In this document: positions 48,672 to 63,375 of the stretch, piece after piece
Layout of the letters: each line of letters begins with the position of its first letter
How positions within the stretch are numbered: position 1 is the first letter of the stretch
NCBI GenBank assembly: GCA_030295235.1
Contig: AP026139.1
Span: 558,001 to 622,000, forward strand
From: Fistulifera solaris
Taxonomy: Eukaryota
Length of the DNA: 64,000 nt
Direction: 5' to 3'
Notes under the pieces: model-generated
The model's database searches: none
Told to the model about the DNA's origin: nothing
The model's input: the letters and a program-made list of their open reading frames with translations, nothing else
Program-made: the position numbers and the translations under genes

Positions 48672-48750
48672 ATATTGTTTAGTCATTAGCCATTTAAACA
48701 TCACAATGAGTTTACCATTATTTCGTAAAAGTTAAGTTCTCTATTGCCGT

Positions 48751-49765
<1,015 letters not shown>

Positions 49766-50453
49766 GGTCAAAAGCTGCTTTGTTTCAAAAAGACCGAACC
49801 AGCAGATTTTTGTCCCTCGACGTAACAAAGTGATGATTCTTGCGAGCGACGAAAGGCGCTCGCTCGATGCGTGGACTGATCAATGACTGACTCGGACTGC
49901 CCCACAATGTCCCAATGCCGAATTCCTACTTAGGCGTGTGCGACCAGTACTCAATTCTACAAGAACGGCACCTCGAAAATGCGACCGTTGAGGTCAAAAA
50001 ATGCCGCAGGCTTTGGTATCCGACAAAAAGTACTAAAATTTAAGTAAGTGGCCCATTCGATACGAATGTTTACTGGAAGCGAGACAGTGGAGGCGGCGGT
50101 TTTCGAGCCGAAATCGCATGACTCGTGACTTATGATTCAAGACTCATTCCCATCCCTTTTCGTCGAGCCGCCAAATACGAGTCAACTTGATTCTTGTTTC
50201 GTATCCATCAATTAATTATTGACATCTGGAACATTGCGGTGCATGTCTGGATTGCTAGTCGTTGCACTAAACACGTCTCTAGATTGTGGTTAGAATTGCT
50301 CAGGAGATAATAGAACGAAATGATCAAGGCATGCCCTAGACTAAAGCGCGATTGATATGATGAAGGTAAAACTATAATATACTTTTATCAAGACACCATG
50401 GCTATAGCAAACAATATAATTTATGATCATGTCAAAATAGCTGAAGCCGAATT

Positions 50454-52099
50454 CTATCTGATCAAGTTTTCTACCTCCAATTCCGATGCAAGATTTTCGT
50501 ACCATTGTTGCTCTCGCTCCGCTCGATCTTGTCGATCGGCTAGCGCTATAAAAGGCTCTACTACTTTCCCTTCCGTATCCAAATGTAGCTGGTTCATCAT
50601 TTGCTCGTACGTTCGCTTGGTAATATATTGTTGTTTTCGAGACAAGAGCTGATCTAACATGTGCTCCATTCGAACCAGCAGAAGCATATTGCCGTAACCG
50701 TCGGAGTGAATCTTATCATGGACCTTCCACCAAAGCTTGCGTGTTTCGACCACCAAAGGATCTTTGGACACCCGAGTACTCTCTGGTTCGCGGCCGAATT
50801 CCCAGCCAAACGATTTTCCGATGTTAGCGAGAATGATGCGCTGCCAATCACGATTCGTTTTGTCTCGCTTCTTTTGAATATCTTGAAGACGCTCTAAATC
50901 GCCCAAGTAAACACCGTGAAAGCCTTGAGCGTGACTGGTTCCCCATGTGAAACTAAAAGATCGATAAGACTACGAAATGTCATACAAGCGGGAGGATCGA
51001 CGAAAAACACTTACCCCTTGGGTTGCACCATATATTGGAACTCAAGCTCAATGTGCGGATCCACGGGCTTCATATCCTTGTCTAGTCGATAGAGGAGGGG
51101 AATGCCAGTTGGTATGGTCATTCCTTTAATATCCTCGTCACTGATGTTGTCAATATGCTTTACCAAGGTACGGATAGTGTTAGCGTGCGATACAATCATA
51201 CATCGATTACCAGCTCTCATCGATGGGACGATGACCGAGTTGAAAAACGGCATGATCCGGTTGGCGGCATCTTTCAGAGATTCTGCTCGAGAAGCTTCCA
51301 ATTGTTCTGCTGAAAGTGAACGATACCTGTTGTGCGATAGCACATTTAGTTGAATTCAAACAAAAGTGGATACGGAATGCATTTTGTCGTCGTACCTTCG
51401 GTCATTACCGTGCCAATGTTTATGATCATTTTCCATTCGTGGTGGCCGTACATCGTACGCTCGTCTCATTTGCATCACGAGCTCTTGGTCGAGACCCATC
51501 TCTTCATACGCCGTATCCTTGTTGTAACCTTGCAAAGCCCCATAGTGACGCTCATTCAAACGCCACGATTTGGTGACGGGAATCCAGTGTTGTTTTGAGG
51601 TATTCAAGGCCATATTACAACTGAACGAAGCTCTCCGCAGGACGGAAGTGAAAGCATGATCAATTTCAATTTGATTTTCGTACAAAAGTCTCCCCGCTGT
51701 CCGAGCTTCCATACGGCCTCGTTCGGTCAAATTGACATCACACCAGCCCGTATATCGATTCTGTAAATTCCATTCCGATTCGCCGTGTCGTAACAATACG
51801 AGAGTATATAACGATTCTTCACCGTAATCCGCCAATCGGAAGGGTGGAGGAGGCGTATCGCACGGCACCAAGCCATTCCAAAACAGGTTGGAAGGTATCG
51901 CCGTATTGAGTGTCGTCGATACCGCTAGTGTTTCTCTCCGGGCTTTGACTCCGCGAGGCGTTTCTTTCAGTTTGACAGGTCCGCTTCGTTTCTTTGGGGC
52001 GTTGGAATCGCCATTCTCGTTCGAAGAAGAAAACAAGCGGACGCACAAATGATCCCCCCAAAGAGCCCGCTGACTACGCCGCCGAAGTGAAGTGATCAT
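50454..52099 (-). CDS. gpmA: Cofactor-dependent phosphoglycerate mutase, mitochondrial presequence, C-terminal extension; 3 exons
   Basis: LLRHGESEWN..RYTGW, WRLNERHYGALQG, ESLKD, SHANTIR, IPTGIPLLY; N-terminus MITSLRRRSQR...RLFSS. Confidence 0.9.
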
Positions 52100-52486
52100 T
52101 TTATAGTTTGTGTATTCAATGCGTGATGACTGTGTGCTGTTTTCAATGAGCCTTGTTCTCTTTAGAAAAGAGAATGGACTCGTTGTTGTCAAAATTCTAT
52201 TATTGATGTCGTCGCTGCTTTTGTCTTGAACAAATGTCACAACTGTTGCTCTACCAGGAATGGGGTGACAAACTAGTCCATTCATCGTGACAACAAAAAT
52301 GAGTCACGAGATTGACGACTGTTTTGTCGAATTAATCATCATCCTACATCCTACATCCTACTCTAGTACTACAAGTACGTAATTTCGTAAGGTTACCGAA
52401 ACTAGCAAAATTATGGATAAGGGACCATCATAAATCATAAACACACTTGTCATTCAAAGGAACCCTAATCGACAACAGTTCCCAAA

Positions 52487-55400
52487 TTAAAATCTTGAGT
52501 TTGGTTTCAATTCTCGTTTCATGAGAAAGACTCGAGCTTCGATTGCACTAGAAATATGCTGATGTTCCATGACGACGTCGATCCATCGATCAGCCAGTTT
52601 TTTCAGGCAGCGCCCCCGTGGAGTCCAGTAATGCTGCAGCAATCCAAGGCGTGCTACTTCCACCACATTTTGCTGGACTCGACGGCTCCAGTTGGGAAGA
52701 TTAGGCGGGAGACTCACTGATGGATCGGCTGGAATACGCTTCAAACTTTTTCGTGATGGAGGTATAAGATAAATATCGGCAGACCCATTCAGCTCAGGAA
52801 ACAGTCCCTTCATTAATTGGGCCGAAGAAGTAGCCATCGTAAACGATTGCCCTTTGGGAAACTGAAGTCAGCCAGAGACAAGTGCAGCAAAAACATGATA
52901 CGTGTGGTGAGACTTACAAACATTCTGAGCAAGCCATGTTTTCTTGTAACGCATTTTTGTTGGACAACCGAGATCACGGCAAAATGTTTTCAGCATCTCA
53001 TCATCATCTTTCAAGACCAGACGCTCGTAAATTTGCAAGCGCTCAGTAGCTTCTCGACTACTGCGGGTATTTTTGGGGATGTCCATGTAATCGCTGGATA
53101 CACAGACTTGCCGTGCCATCCAGTACAACTCCATCTTGAGTCCTAACTGAAGATTCAGTAGCTCATCATCAAATCTGTCATTTGGGCGGACTTTTTTGGA
53201 AACAAATAAATCCGTGCTTCGATGCAAATTATTCCAAAGTCGCCGTAGTTCCTCTTCCAAAAAGGCGTGTTGCAAAAGCAACCTCCCTGATGAACAAGAC
53301 CAAACCAAAGTCCGATGTGTCAAGGGTGTGTGATCATGCTTCCACAACTCGAATACACACTTTCGATATACATGGATTCTTCTGGGTAGTACGGTGCGAA
53401 ATAGCTGCTTTCGGAGAAGCAGACCACGCACATGGGCCTGGATACGCGCGATAGCCTTCTTGAGCCAATTATAAGCAATTCGCACTTTACGTCCCCGGAT
53501 GCGGGCTGTAATTAGGCTTGCTAACCACCGAGTAGTTCGAAACTGTTTTTTCAAGAGTACACCACGAAAAAAGTGTTGCAATACGTGTGCTCCAACATCA
53601 GGATTCATTGCCATCGGAGCCGTCGCCTCTAAAGATAGAGCCCTCAATTCCGTCAGTTGATGATTCTGCTTTTTCGAGATATACAAGCGCCCATGCCGCT
53701 GTAATGCCATAAAAATACCGATTAGAATGCTTTGTTTCCTGCGAGTATTCCAAATCATTTCTTGGCTTTCAGTTTTGCGTTGAAAGGAGAGATTGCTAGA
53801 TGCGTGTCCACGTTGTAGTCCGCGGAGACTGCGTGCTGTGGGCGACGGTCCAAAAGGCGCCATCATGGTGCCGAGAGCTTGTTCCAAGCGTGCCATGACA
53901 CTGAAGGGTTGTTTTTGGGCAGCCTGTTGAAATAACCGTTGCGAATAATTTTGCCAAGGATGCAAACCAGCAATAAGGCCATCCCCGGAAATCGCAGCAC
54001 TTCTTGTATTAGCTGAATAATCGAATTGCCTGGGTGCACGTAGTGGACCGATTAAAGATAAATCCAAAGTTGGAAAGGAAGCATATTGCCAATTACTTTG
54101 ATCTTCTGGCAATCCTATATGCGATGGAGGCGGTGGAGTGTACGTTTCATGAAGAGCATGCTCCAGCTCATTGGGTAAATAGGAAGATGAATGATTGCTC
54201 ATTTGTCGCTGCAAGACACGTTTCATGTAGACGCTTTTCGCTTGAATTGCATCATCCAAAAATTGCACATGAGGTGAGGGTGGCTCTTGGTGGCACTCCT
54301 GCAAAAAAAGAACTGAACAGTTGTGTGTTCAAAACGCTCTTCACATAATTCTGCTGCTTAGCGTTGATTGAGAGACTTGCCACAAATGCATTGTATTGAA
54401 AAGTTTCTTCATCGGGGCGAATAAATTGGCGATAATCTCGAAACACCGAAACAAAAACTTGAAGAACGAGGATCGGATATCACTGGAACAAAACCCATCA
54501 GGATCTTGCAACGAGAAGAGATTGCTATCGTCCACATTTCTGGGAGATGAGTTGCCGAATGAACCCGTTTTCGATCTTGCTCTCCTCTTACGGGGAAACC
54601 TTGAGCTTGACAACGATGACTTCACAGAAGGGGATACTGTCGCCCTAGGACTGCTTGTAGATATAGACATGGCTCCTTGTTCTATCAGTCGAACAGGCTG
54701 ATACAATTCGGCATCGCGGTAGGCGCGATTAATCGAGCTCAAGATTTCTTCCCTTGTTTGAGATCGATTGGATATTAGTTCAACTGGCAGACATTGTGCG
54801 TATCTGAAGCCCATAGCATTGCTGTAACTACTTCGAAGCTTGCTTCCCGAATTCACACTCATAGAATCATCCACAGGACTGAACGGCATGTAAAGTCCTG
54901 CAGCACAATTCTAGCAAACGGTGCTTCAATTTATTTGCATCTCGTTCGGGCAACGCCGGCAACCCACCGCAACCACCACCCAAAATAACCTGATCCGTGT
55001 CAAGTCCGACCCACACAATATCATCATCCTGGGGTCGGTTTGTCGGAAGCGGACCCTGCAGCCCCAACAAGAAAGGCACAGGTGCCTCCAACAATTCCGC
55101 CATGTGCTTCGGCATGACGGGCAGATAGACGCCCTGCCATTGAAAGGGATACAGTAAACATATCAAAGCTTCTGCTACCGGTGTCAACAAGCTACTGCTT
55201 TCTTGTTGCGTGCACAAAACGACTTTTTGTTCACGGAGTAAACACCCCCAAACGATGAGAATGTGACTGATCCGCAAACACGAGAACAACGGCTGAAAGG
55301 AAAATTCGCGCAACGGCCAACGTCCCGATTGTAAAATCGTCCATGGTGGTGCAGCAGCGGTATACGAAAGCTGGATTTGTACATTGGGCGGCGGAATAGG

Positions 55401-56584
55401 AACTTGCGCTACAAAATGAGCAATGTAACGTTCGAGTGGTAAGGGAGCGGGCGTCAAAGCCACGCGATAAATCAAACACAAGAATTTGCGAAACAAATCC
55501 CAATAAGGATGATAGCTCAAGAGCACCAAACATTTGGGAAAAAGAGTTCTTGCGGTGGCTGATTGGATTTGTTGGGTGGATGATCCTTGCGAGGTGGATG
55601 CAATGACGCACTCTCCCAAATATTGTACAAGTGCTGCGCGTCGTGCACATCGTCGTACACTTGCAGAACTGCTCCATACAAGCGTTCTCCTGTACCAGTT
55701 GTGACACAAAACGTAAAAAAAGGAAGGGGGTGACCGACGTGTCCGGGCATGACATCCCTGGGGAAAGACGAGTAAGCCCAAATGCGAAGGAAAGTCGTCC
55801 TCTGGTTCCGGGAAGCAGTCAGCAACTTGGGGAGCTAAAAATATTTGTTCCGGATGTGGCGATTGTGTATGATGATGATTTTGTTTCAGATTCATTGTCA
55901 TAAGAAGAGTATCCAGTGTCTCGGAAGGAGTCAAAACACAAAAATAGCGAACCAATCTGTTCCTTTGTAAATCAGTGTTCTGTGCGTGCGTGGTGGTGTA
56001 AAGATGCGTGGAACGTGAAAATGAGGACTCCAAATGACACAACTGCGGAAACTGTTGGTCCCAGTGATGTCTTTGTAGTATATTCGTCCAAGCTTGTTTC
56101 GCCATGACATGATGCTGTGTGGGAGGCAAACAAAAGCCAAGGCTTCATACTTGGCTCGCACAAAGAGCCACCGTTCCGCTTTGGAGCAGTCACTGGACGG
56201 TCGAGGAAGTATACTTGGGTTGTAGTACGCCTCCAGTGTTTGCGCGGCTCGTTGATTGTGAATGTAGGGCAGCAGGGCCGGCGGTGGGCGCGGTACGTGC
56301 TGATACAGCAGCAAGTCGTGTGCGTCGGCACACAAGGAACAAATCAGGACTCCCATGAATGCAACACGATCAGCCGCCTCATCGGCTGGATCTGGCACTG
56401 TCCTGCCTTCTTCTTCTTCGTCGTATAGAATACTGTTGTCATCGTCCGTGTCGTGTTGCGGGAAGGATACAAATACTTGTGATGCATCGACCAAAATGCT
56501 ATGGCAATCTGCACAAACTCGATTCGACGGAATAGAAAGTAACTGATTCAATGTTGTTGACGTGCACTTTGTGTCAGGAATCAT
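52487..56584 (-). CDS. ArfGAP-like + DENN (uDENN/cDENN/dDENN) + IQ-motif protein; several frameshifts
   Basis: NRVCADC...GVLICSLC..H, FVRAKYE; LVFPQG, GERLYGAVL, PKCLVLLS, LYPFQWQGVYLPVMP..LEAPVPFLLG, TQLFSSF; IQAHVRG. Confidence 0.8.
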
Positions 56585-57022
56585 TTCAATCGCACATGGT
56601 GGTGACAAACAGCCGCACAAAGGAGGAACGCTTGTTTGGTGTTTTCCTTGTGGAGTTGAAAATTGGAAATAATTAAAGCAGCGCGAGAAAAACCGTTGAA
56701 AGTCTGTTGACGGTGTGACATCGGATGACATGTCGGATCACGGATGTTCTTCCAGAGCAACGACGGACTGACAGAAAGGCGACTGACATCATCACCTTTC
56801 ACCACTCACCGCACAAGCAGTAAGCATTAGTACAAAGTACTGTGGCATGTAATTGTAAGCACCGCTGGGTGTCGCCATCAAAACTGAACTGCAATACGAA
56901 ATACGAAACGAGAGATGCACAGGGCAACGACGAGATAGATAGAAGGATTGGAACCGCAATATCTTGACAAAATTGATTTAAAAAGAGCCGTCTCGTTCCT
57001 TTTAAACGACAATTTATCCACT

Positions 57023-58698
57023 ATGATCAAGCCGCTCGCCTTTTTGTTTTGGCTACAATTGTCAACATGCACCTACGCCTTTCAATCACTGCCTTCCACA
57101 CAGTCGACAACATTGCACTCCACGGAATTGTTTTTAGCCAAACGAAGACAAACGAAACAGAACAGAGAAATTGAAAAGACTCGTCCCAAGTCATTTTACG
57201 ACAAAATTGATGCCAAGAGCGCCACGAGCACAGCCGAACTCACGGAGGAAGAACGGGCCCGCGAAGAACGCGCCCGCGCCGCACCGGAACGCATGGAGAA
57301 GCGTCCGACCGTTTCGACACTGATTGTGGATGAAGAGTCGGGGACCGAAATTGTTGCACAGGGACAGAATGTGATGGATGTAGTCACCCGCAAAGCCGTC
57401 CAACTGAGTCCGCGTGGACCTGACTACCGATTGGCGCAATTCTTTCCGGGGGTGCCACCGGAAATTCGTCAAAAGTACCGTTACGCCAATTGGAGTACCA
57501 TTGAAGTACCAGAAATGGTTGAAGCGTTGCGAGCGGCCTGTTCAACGCGCGATGGAACGATTCCACCGCATCCCAGTGTCACCAATAAGGGCATTGATTT
57601 TGTACTCGCCAATCGCGATCGGCTGGGATCGCGCATGAAGCAGACACTGGGACGGTTGACAATGCGTGCGGCTTCACAGGAAATATAGAACAAATGAAGC
57701 AAAATCAGATGCTGTGGAAGAACTACCTCACGTTGGAGAATCACATTTCGGCGCCGTTTCGTCAAATGATGATGGATGCAGAAGGAAGGATTGGGCCAAA
57801 CTTTGGTAATCTCGATCTTCAAGCGTACGCCAATGGAGCCCTATATGAGAGATGTGCTAATTATCTTGTTCTCAAGGGAATGGTGGCGCATTGGGAGAAG
57901 AAAGTCGTCGATGCTGACGCCAACGAAAAAACAGTACAAACGCGCGAAAACTACATTCGCAGTATCTCTCGTGGCGATCCCCGGCGTTATTTGCCGGATC
58001 CGCCGATCCTCTTTACGCTCAAAGAATGCACACAAGTGTGCTACATGGCGCAGCAAATGACCAAAGCATTCGTAGACACGCCCGAATTGTTCCAAGACTT
58101 GCCCCCCGAAGTGCGTTTCGTGGAAGCAGCACTCAACATTCAGGGAGGCACGCCTCTGCGTCAGTTCATGTTGGAAGAATTTTGCCCGGCCGAAGGAATC
58201 GACGGTGCTGGTTTGCGAGAGGGTGTTCGTCGCTTGCGTGCACAAATGGAAAACATGCAGATCGATCCTTACGGTGATTTGACTCGATTGTTGGAGAAAC
58301 TCGAAGCGGCCATGGCAGTGGGCACCGAAGATGAACGGGATCCGTATCTACCTTATTTGACCAAGAACGATGGTCCCGGATCGTTCCAGACCTACACATT
58401 TAATCACGAAAAGCTGAGTTTGGTCCGATTCCTCGATGGCCAATACAACAACGTCGAAAATGCTGCTAGTAAACCTAAAGGAATGGGACTCGGAGACCTC
58501 TTCAACTTTGGAGGCTCATTACCGACAGCACCATCTTCACCGGTCCCGTCGGCTGATTCGTACAAGGTTCCAGAAGCCCGTGCAATGGGACGACCCCACG
58601 AATTGGGTTGGTTGGATCTACTCAATGACAAGCCGGAAGGTGAGAAGCTTCAATTAGGAAAAGTCCCCGCCGGTCGCATTATTCCGGATGATGAATAA
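57023..58698 (+). CDS. Hypothetical plastid-targeted protein (frameshift near 57685)
   Basis: Signal peptide ending TYA-FQS with S/T-rich transit region; ORFs 56948 and 57694 abut. Confidence 0.7.
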
Positions 58699-59214
58699 GG
58701 AAATGAAGAATTCTTTAAAAGCACACTTTTATGTTGAACTCCGTATAACCGCATGTTGAACCTTGTCTATCATGCCTTAGAAACAGCCGTGATTCATGAC
58801 TGAAATGCAGTCGTGAAGAAGGTCGCCCACATTGGCAAGTTTTTCCCACGAAAAAAAATGAGAAAGACCTTGTACATGCCGTTGAATGAAGTTGCATCTC
58901 AATGATAAATGATGATAACATAATATAGAGCTTATTCATGCATGCAAAACGAACGGAGATGAAACAGTATTGCAATTAGCTAAAACCAGTTGTTGGGTAC
59001 CAGTACGACACGGATGCGGTTGACATGATGGAGCCTTCCAAGTGGAAGTTGAAATCCAAGAAAATCCGACGAGTGAAATTCCTTTCACGTTGAAGTTCCT
59101 ACAACGACGTATTTTGCGTTTGATTTCTCTCTCCTTCATCAAATAATGCGAGATCGGCGTCTGCCGCTTTTCCAATTCATCTTCATTATTTCTCCTCCTT
59201 CTTCAGCAACAACC

Positions 59215-61263
59215 ATGGCGCGGTTCTCTGCAGCGCTCGCCGCTTTACTGGCGATTCCTTCGTCCGCCTTTGTTCCTTCAACGAAACCGGCGACTCGCAG
59301 CTTCTCCCTTTCTTCAACGACGGAAAACCGAAATGTCAAACAAACTGAAAACACTTCGCGCGAGGAAATCATGACATTCTCGTACGACATGTCGCTGGAA
59401 CCAAAATACGAGAAGCCGACGTATCCAGGCACCGGTAACGGCCTGTCGGGTGATGCCGGAGAGTACGATGTTGTGGTGATTGGGTCCGGAATGGGTGGAT
59501 TGGCGTGTGGTGCCCTTTCGGCCAAGTACGGTGATAAAGTGCTCGTCCTCGAATCGCACATCAAATGCGGTGGATCCGCTCACACGTTCTCGCGTATGCA
59601 CAAGGGAGAAAAGTATTCGTTCGAAGTCGGTCCGTCCATCTTTGAAGGATTGGATCGTCCCAGTTTGAATCCTTTGCGCATGATCTTTGATTTGTTGGAA
59701 GAAGAAATGCCCGTCAAGACTTACACTGGACTCGGATACTGGACTCCGACCGGATACTGGCGATTCCCGATCGGCAGTAAGAGTGCGTTTGAGCAATTGT
59801 TGCTGGAGCAAGCCGAAGATGGTCCCAAGGCCGTAGAGGTAAGTCAGCAACCTTTACTCGCTTCTTCGATTCAAATGCACAAGGTCTGACTGTAGTTCTT
59901 ACTAAGGAATGGAATCAATTGAGGGCACGATTGAAGACCTTAGGTGGATCCACAACTGCGGTTTCCCTTTTGAATTTGCGTCAAGACGCTGGTTTCTTGG
60001 CGACTACCGCAGGTAGTCTTCCTTTCGTTGCGACCCATCCGGATGTATTTTTGGACCTCCCTTTGACATTCGACTCGCTTCATAAGACTGTGGATCAAAT
60101 TGTCACCGTGCCTTTCCTCCGCAACTTCATCGATACCATGTGCATCTTTTGTGGATTCCCTGCCAAGGGGGGCCATGACGGCTCACATGCTGTACATCTT
60201 GGAACGTTTCTTTGAAGAATCGGCTTGTTACTCTGTTCCCATTGGTGGAACGTGCGAAATGGGCAATACTCTTCAACGAGGGCTCGAAAAGTTTGGTGGC
60301 AAACTACAGCTAAATGCCCACGTAGACGAAATTATTGTAGAAAACGGACGTGCGACGGGTGTTCGCCTGAAGAACGGCAATGTAGTCAAGGCCAAGAAAG
60401 CTGTTGTCAGCAATGCAACTCCATTCGATACTGTCAAAATGTTGGGAACCAAACAGGATTTGCCCGAGGGTGTTGCCAAATGGAAGGAACAACTGGGAAA
60501 ATTGCCACGTCACGGTGCCATTATGCATCTCTTCATCGCCATTGACGCCAAAGACTTGGATTTGTCTCACATTGATGACCCTGCTCACCTTGTTGTTCAA
60601 GACTGGGGTCGCTCGCTTCAAGATTCTCAGAACCTCTGCAGTTTCTTCATCCCTAGTATCCTCGATAAGTCTCTTTGTCCGGAAGGAAAACACGTCATTC
60701 ATGTATACTCTTCGGGTGGAGAACCTTACGAGCCGTGGGAGAAGCTAACACCAGGATCAGCAGAATATGAGGCATACAAGGAAGAACGTGCGAACGTTTT
60801 GTGGCAGGCTGTCGAGCGTTGCATCCCTGATATCCGTGAGAGAGTCGAATTTTCCATTATTGGCTCACCTTTAGCTCACGAGGCATTCTTACGACGTGAC
60901 CGTGGAACATATGGAATGGCGTGGGCTGCTGGTACTTCAGCCCCGTATGCTGGTCTGCTAAGGAATATTTTACCTTTCCCATTTCCCGACTTGAAAACGC
61001 CAGTCGACGGGTTGCTACGATGTGGTGATTCGTGTTTCCCGGGTATCGGTACTCCCAGTGCTGCTGCTTCGGGTGCCATCGCAGCAAACACAATGAATCC
61101 TGTTGGCAAGCACATTGAAATGCTCAAAGAGGCTAGTACGCGCGACCCTACCTATAAGTTTCTTGACCCTGGTCCGCTCGCAAACTTCTATCGATACGGT
61201 CTCTTTTTAGATGCCATCACTCCGAGCCCAGAGCTGAAAGTAGAGCAAGTCACAACACCGTAA
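59215..61263 (+). CDS. CRTISO: Plastid carotenoid isomerase-like FAD enzyme (CRTISO family; probable CRTISO5 type)
   Basis: SSA-FVP motif; VIGSGMGGL, FEVGPS, RGTYG, CGDSCFPGIGTPSAAASG; intron 59839-59906; extra G in the run at 60167-60172. Confidence 0.88.
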
Positions 61264-61495
61264 AGATGCACGCCTAATCCACATATGCCGACAATAGTCT
61301 ACAGTATTTTCTGAAATAACATCTTTATTTTATATTGTACAAGAGATGCGAATGCCACATGCGTCAAGAACACCCCGTAAAAGTGTACGAGTAGGACAAT
61401 GTTTTCAGCAGAGGTGCACGCTTCGAGGGGTGAGTTTGTAAATGGGAGATGTGTGAGGAATTATACTGTGTGACAGCTCTGTGCGAGCTGCTTCT

Positions 61496-62746
61496 CTAGG
61501 AGAGGCTATCTTCGGGGCGGCAGCCGTGGGTGACACAGACTGGAGAAACCGTATCGTCTCGCTTATCAGACGAGGACGATGTGGGGCGAGAATAGCCGCC
61601 TTTGAAATATAGCAGACGAAGACGCTCGCGACACTGCGTGACTTTGTCCCCCGAAGGTCGGACTCCAAATTTGCGTTCCAGATCTTGCGTGAATACGTCA
61701 ATAGCCTGAGCTGCACCAGGGGTATCTTCCATCGCATTCAAGAGGGCTGCAATAGCGACGTCAGAAGGGCGATGGGCGACAAAATAGTAGTCGATCACTC
61801 CGAGTTCTGTCAAAAAGCGCGCGAGTTCTAGAACATCATAGCGAACGTCATTTCCAATTACGTTTTGCGGCAACAAGAAGAGCATGTGCTTAGCAAAGCA
61901 GTAGGCACTGGGTGGGTGAACATGCCAGGAAAGAGCTCTGCAAAGATTGAGAAGAAAGAAAGACTTAGTGTTAGACAGTGGTATTTGCTCGCAAGCAAGT
62001 AGGGACTTGATGTCGAAAACGCTAGCTGAAAGTTCCACCAAAATGGAGGGAAAATTGATACTTAAGAGGTCGGACATTCGAAAGACACGAATCACCGATT
62101 CGAAATCCGCACATGTGACGTCGACATCTCAATTGATTGCTCGATAGTGGAGGAAATGTGTACTTAAATTCTGCACTGTGCAAAGACGTTGAGGCTTCCT
62201 TTCTGAGCCGACAGTTCTAGAAACTTGAAATCGTCTTCGGGTGGTGGAGTATGAGGGTGCGCAATGCGAGCATGAATACTCACCTTAAAATAGAAGCTTC
62301 CATGGCGACCATTTGATCAACACTGAAGTATCCGCGGCTCAATCCGATCATTGAAGCCATACTGATCTTTCCGGGCTCGTAGAGCTTGATTGCGAGAAAC
62401 AAACTGGTCATAGCAGCCAGCTGAAAAAGCTTCTTGTTGACGGTCCGAGTCGCCAAATATCTATCCAAATAATGAATAGCTACACCGACGACTTCTCGAG
62501 AATAGTCGAAGTGATCAATGACTTGGTAAGCCCACTCACATATTTTTTTCTCTCCAGATTTCGTTGATGCTGGATGTCGAGGAGGAGGATTTAGATGAAG
62601 AATGACTTCCAGACGATGACAAGAAAAAGGATTCGCAGAAATGGTTAAAGCTGCTGTTGGAAGTGAGGCGCCAAGTAATCTTCTGTTTTATAGAAACAAG
62701 CCTCTTGATGGAGCATCACATCCATTCGTTCTTGCAAGTCTACCAT
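61496..62746 (-). CDS. Cyclin, diatom-specific (dsCYC) type
   Basis: MLHQE..Y..EDYL, WREKICEWAYQVIDHFD.SREVV, YLDRYL, QLAAMTSLFLAIKLYE, MEASILR|ALSWHVHPP; intron 61938-62283; extra base in the run at 62543-62549. Confidence 0.9.
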
Positions 62747-63375
62747 CGTCTCGAGAACTTGAGAGGATCGAACGTTGGTAGAATTTTATTGTGAAATCCA
62801 GGACGGAAATTAAATGGGGGTGTCGAATGTCAAAGCCAAGATCCAAAGTCCACAGCGCCTGCTGGCTGCTGGCACGTGGTGGCAAATGCAAGACATACGA
62901 GGTAAACAGAGGAATCCGTAAGTAGAAAACGTACCGTCACGCCTGATAATAGGCTATAAAGTATGTTGTTGACTAAGTACAAAACCCACACCTGCGACAC
63001 AGAAAGGGAGCTGCTATCGGTAAGAGTGTACCTGAGCCAGCCGACCAGTGAAATCAGGTCGAAAGCAGACGGCGGAAGATTTTTTTGTTTGTTGTATCTT
63101 CTTTGCCGCCGAGCGGAATTATCAACAGAGTCGGTACTCAACACATAGGACTAATTGGGCATCGCTACGTAGTAAGTAAAGTGGCAGAAAGAGGTACAGT
63201 AACAAGCGAGCAAAATTCAGAGACAACCATTTCTATTTGCTGGCGTTTAACAAAAATCCCAGGGCCGCTCTCTAACTTGCTAGGATTAAAATGGCAAGTT
63301 CCCTCCAACTAATCAGCATTTTCGCTAAGGGTCTAGCTAAAGCGCCCACACCTTCCGTATTAATAAAATACACTT

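Noticed and set aside
52285..52308. tcgtgac...gtcacga palindrome as a member of the GACT-N7-AGTC family
   Set aside because: Different spacer length and an imperfect left half-site.
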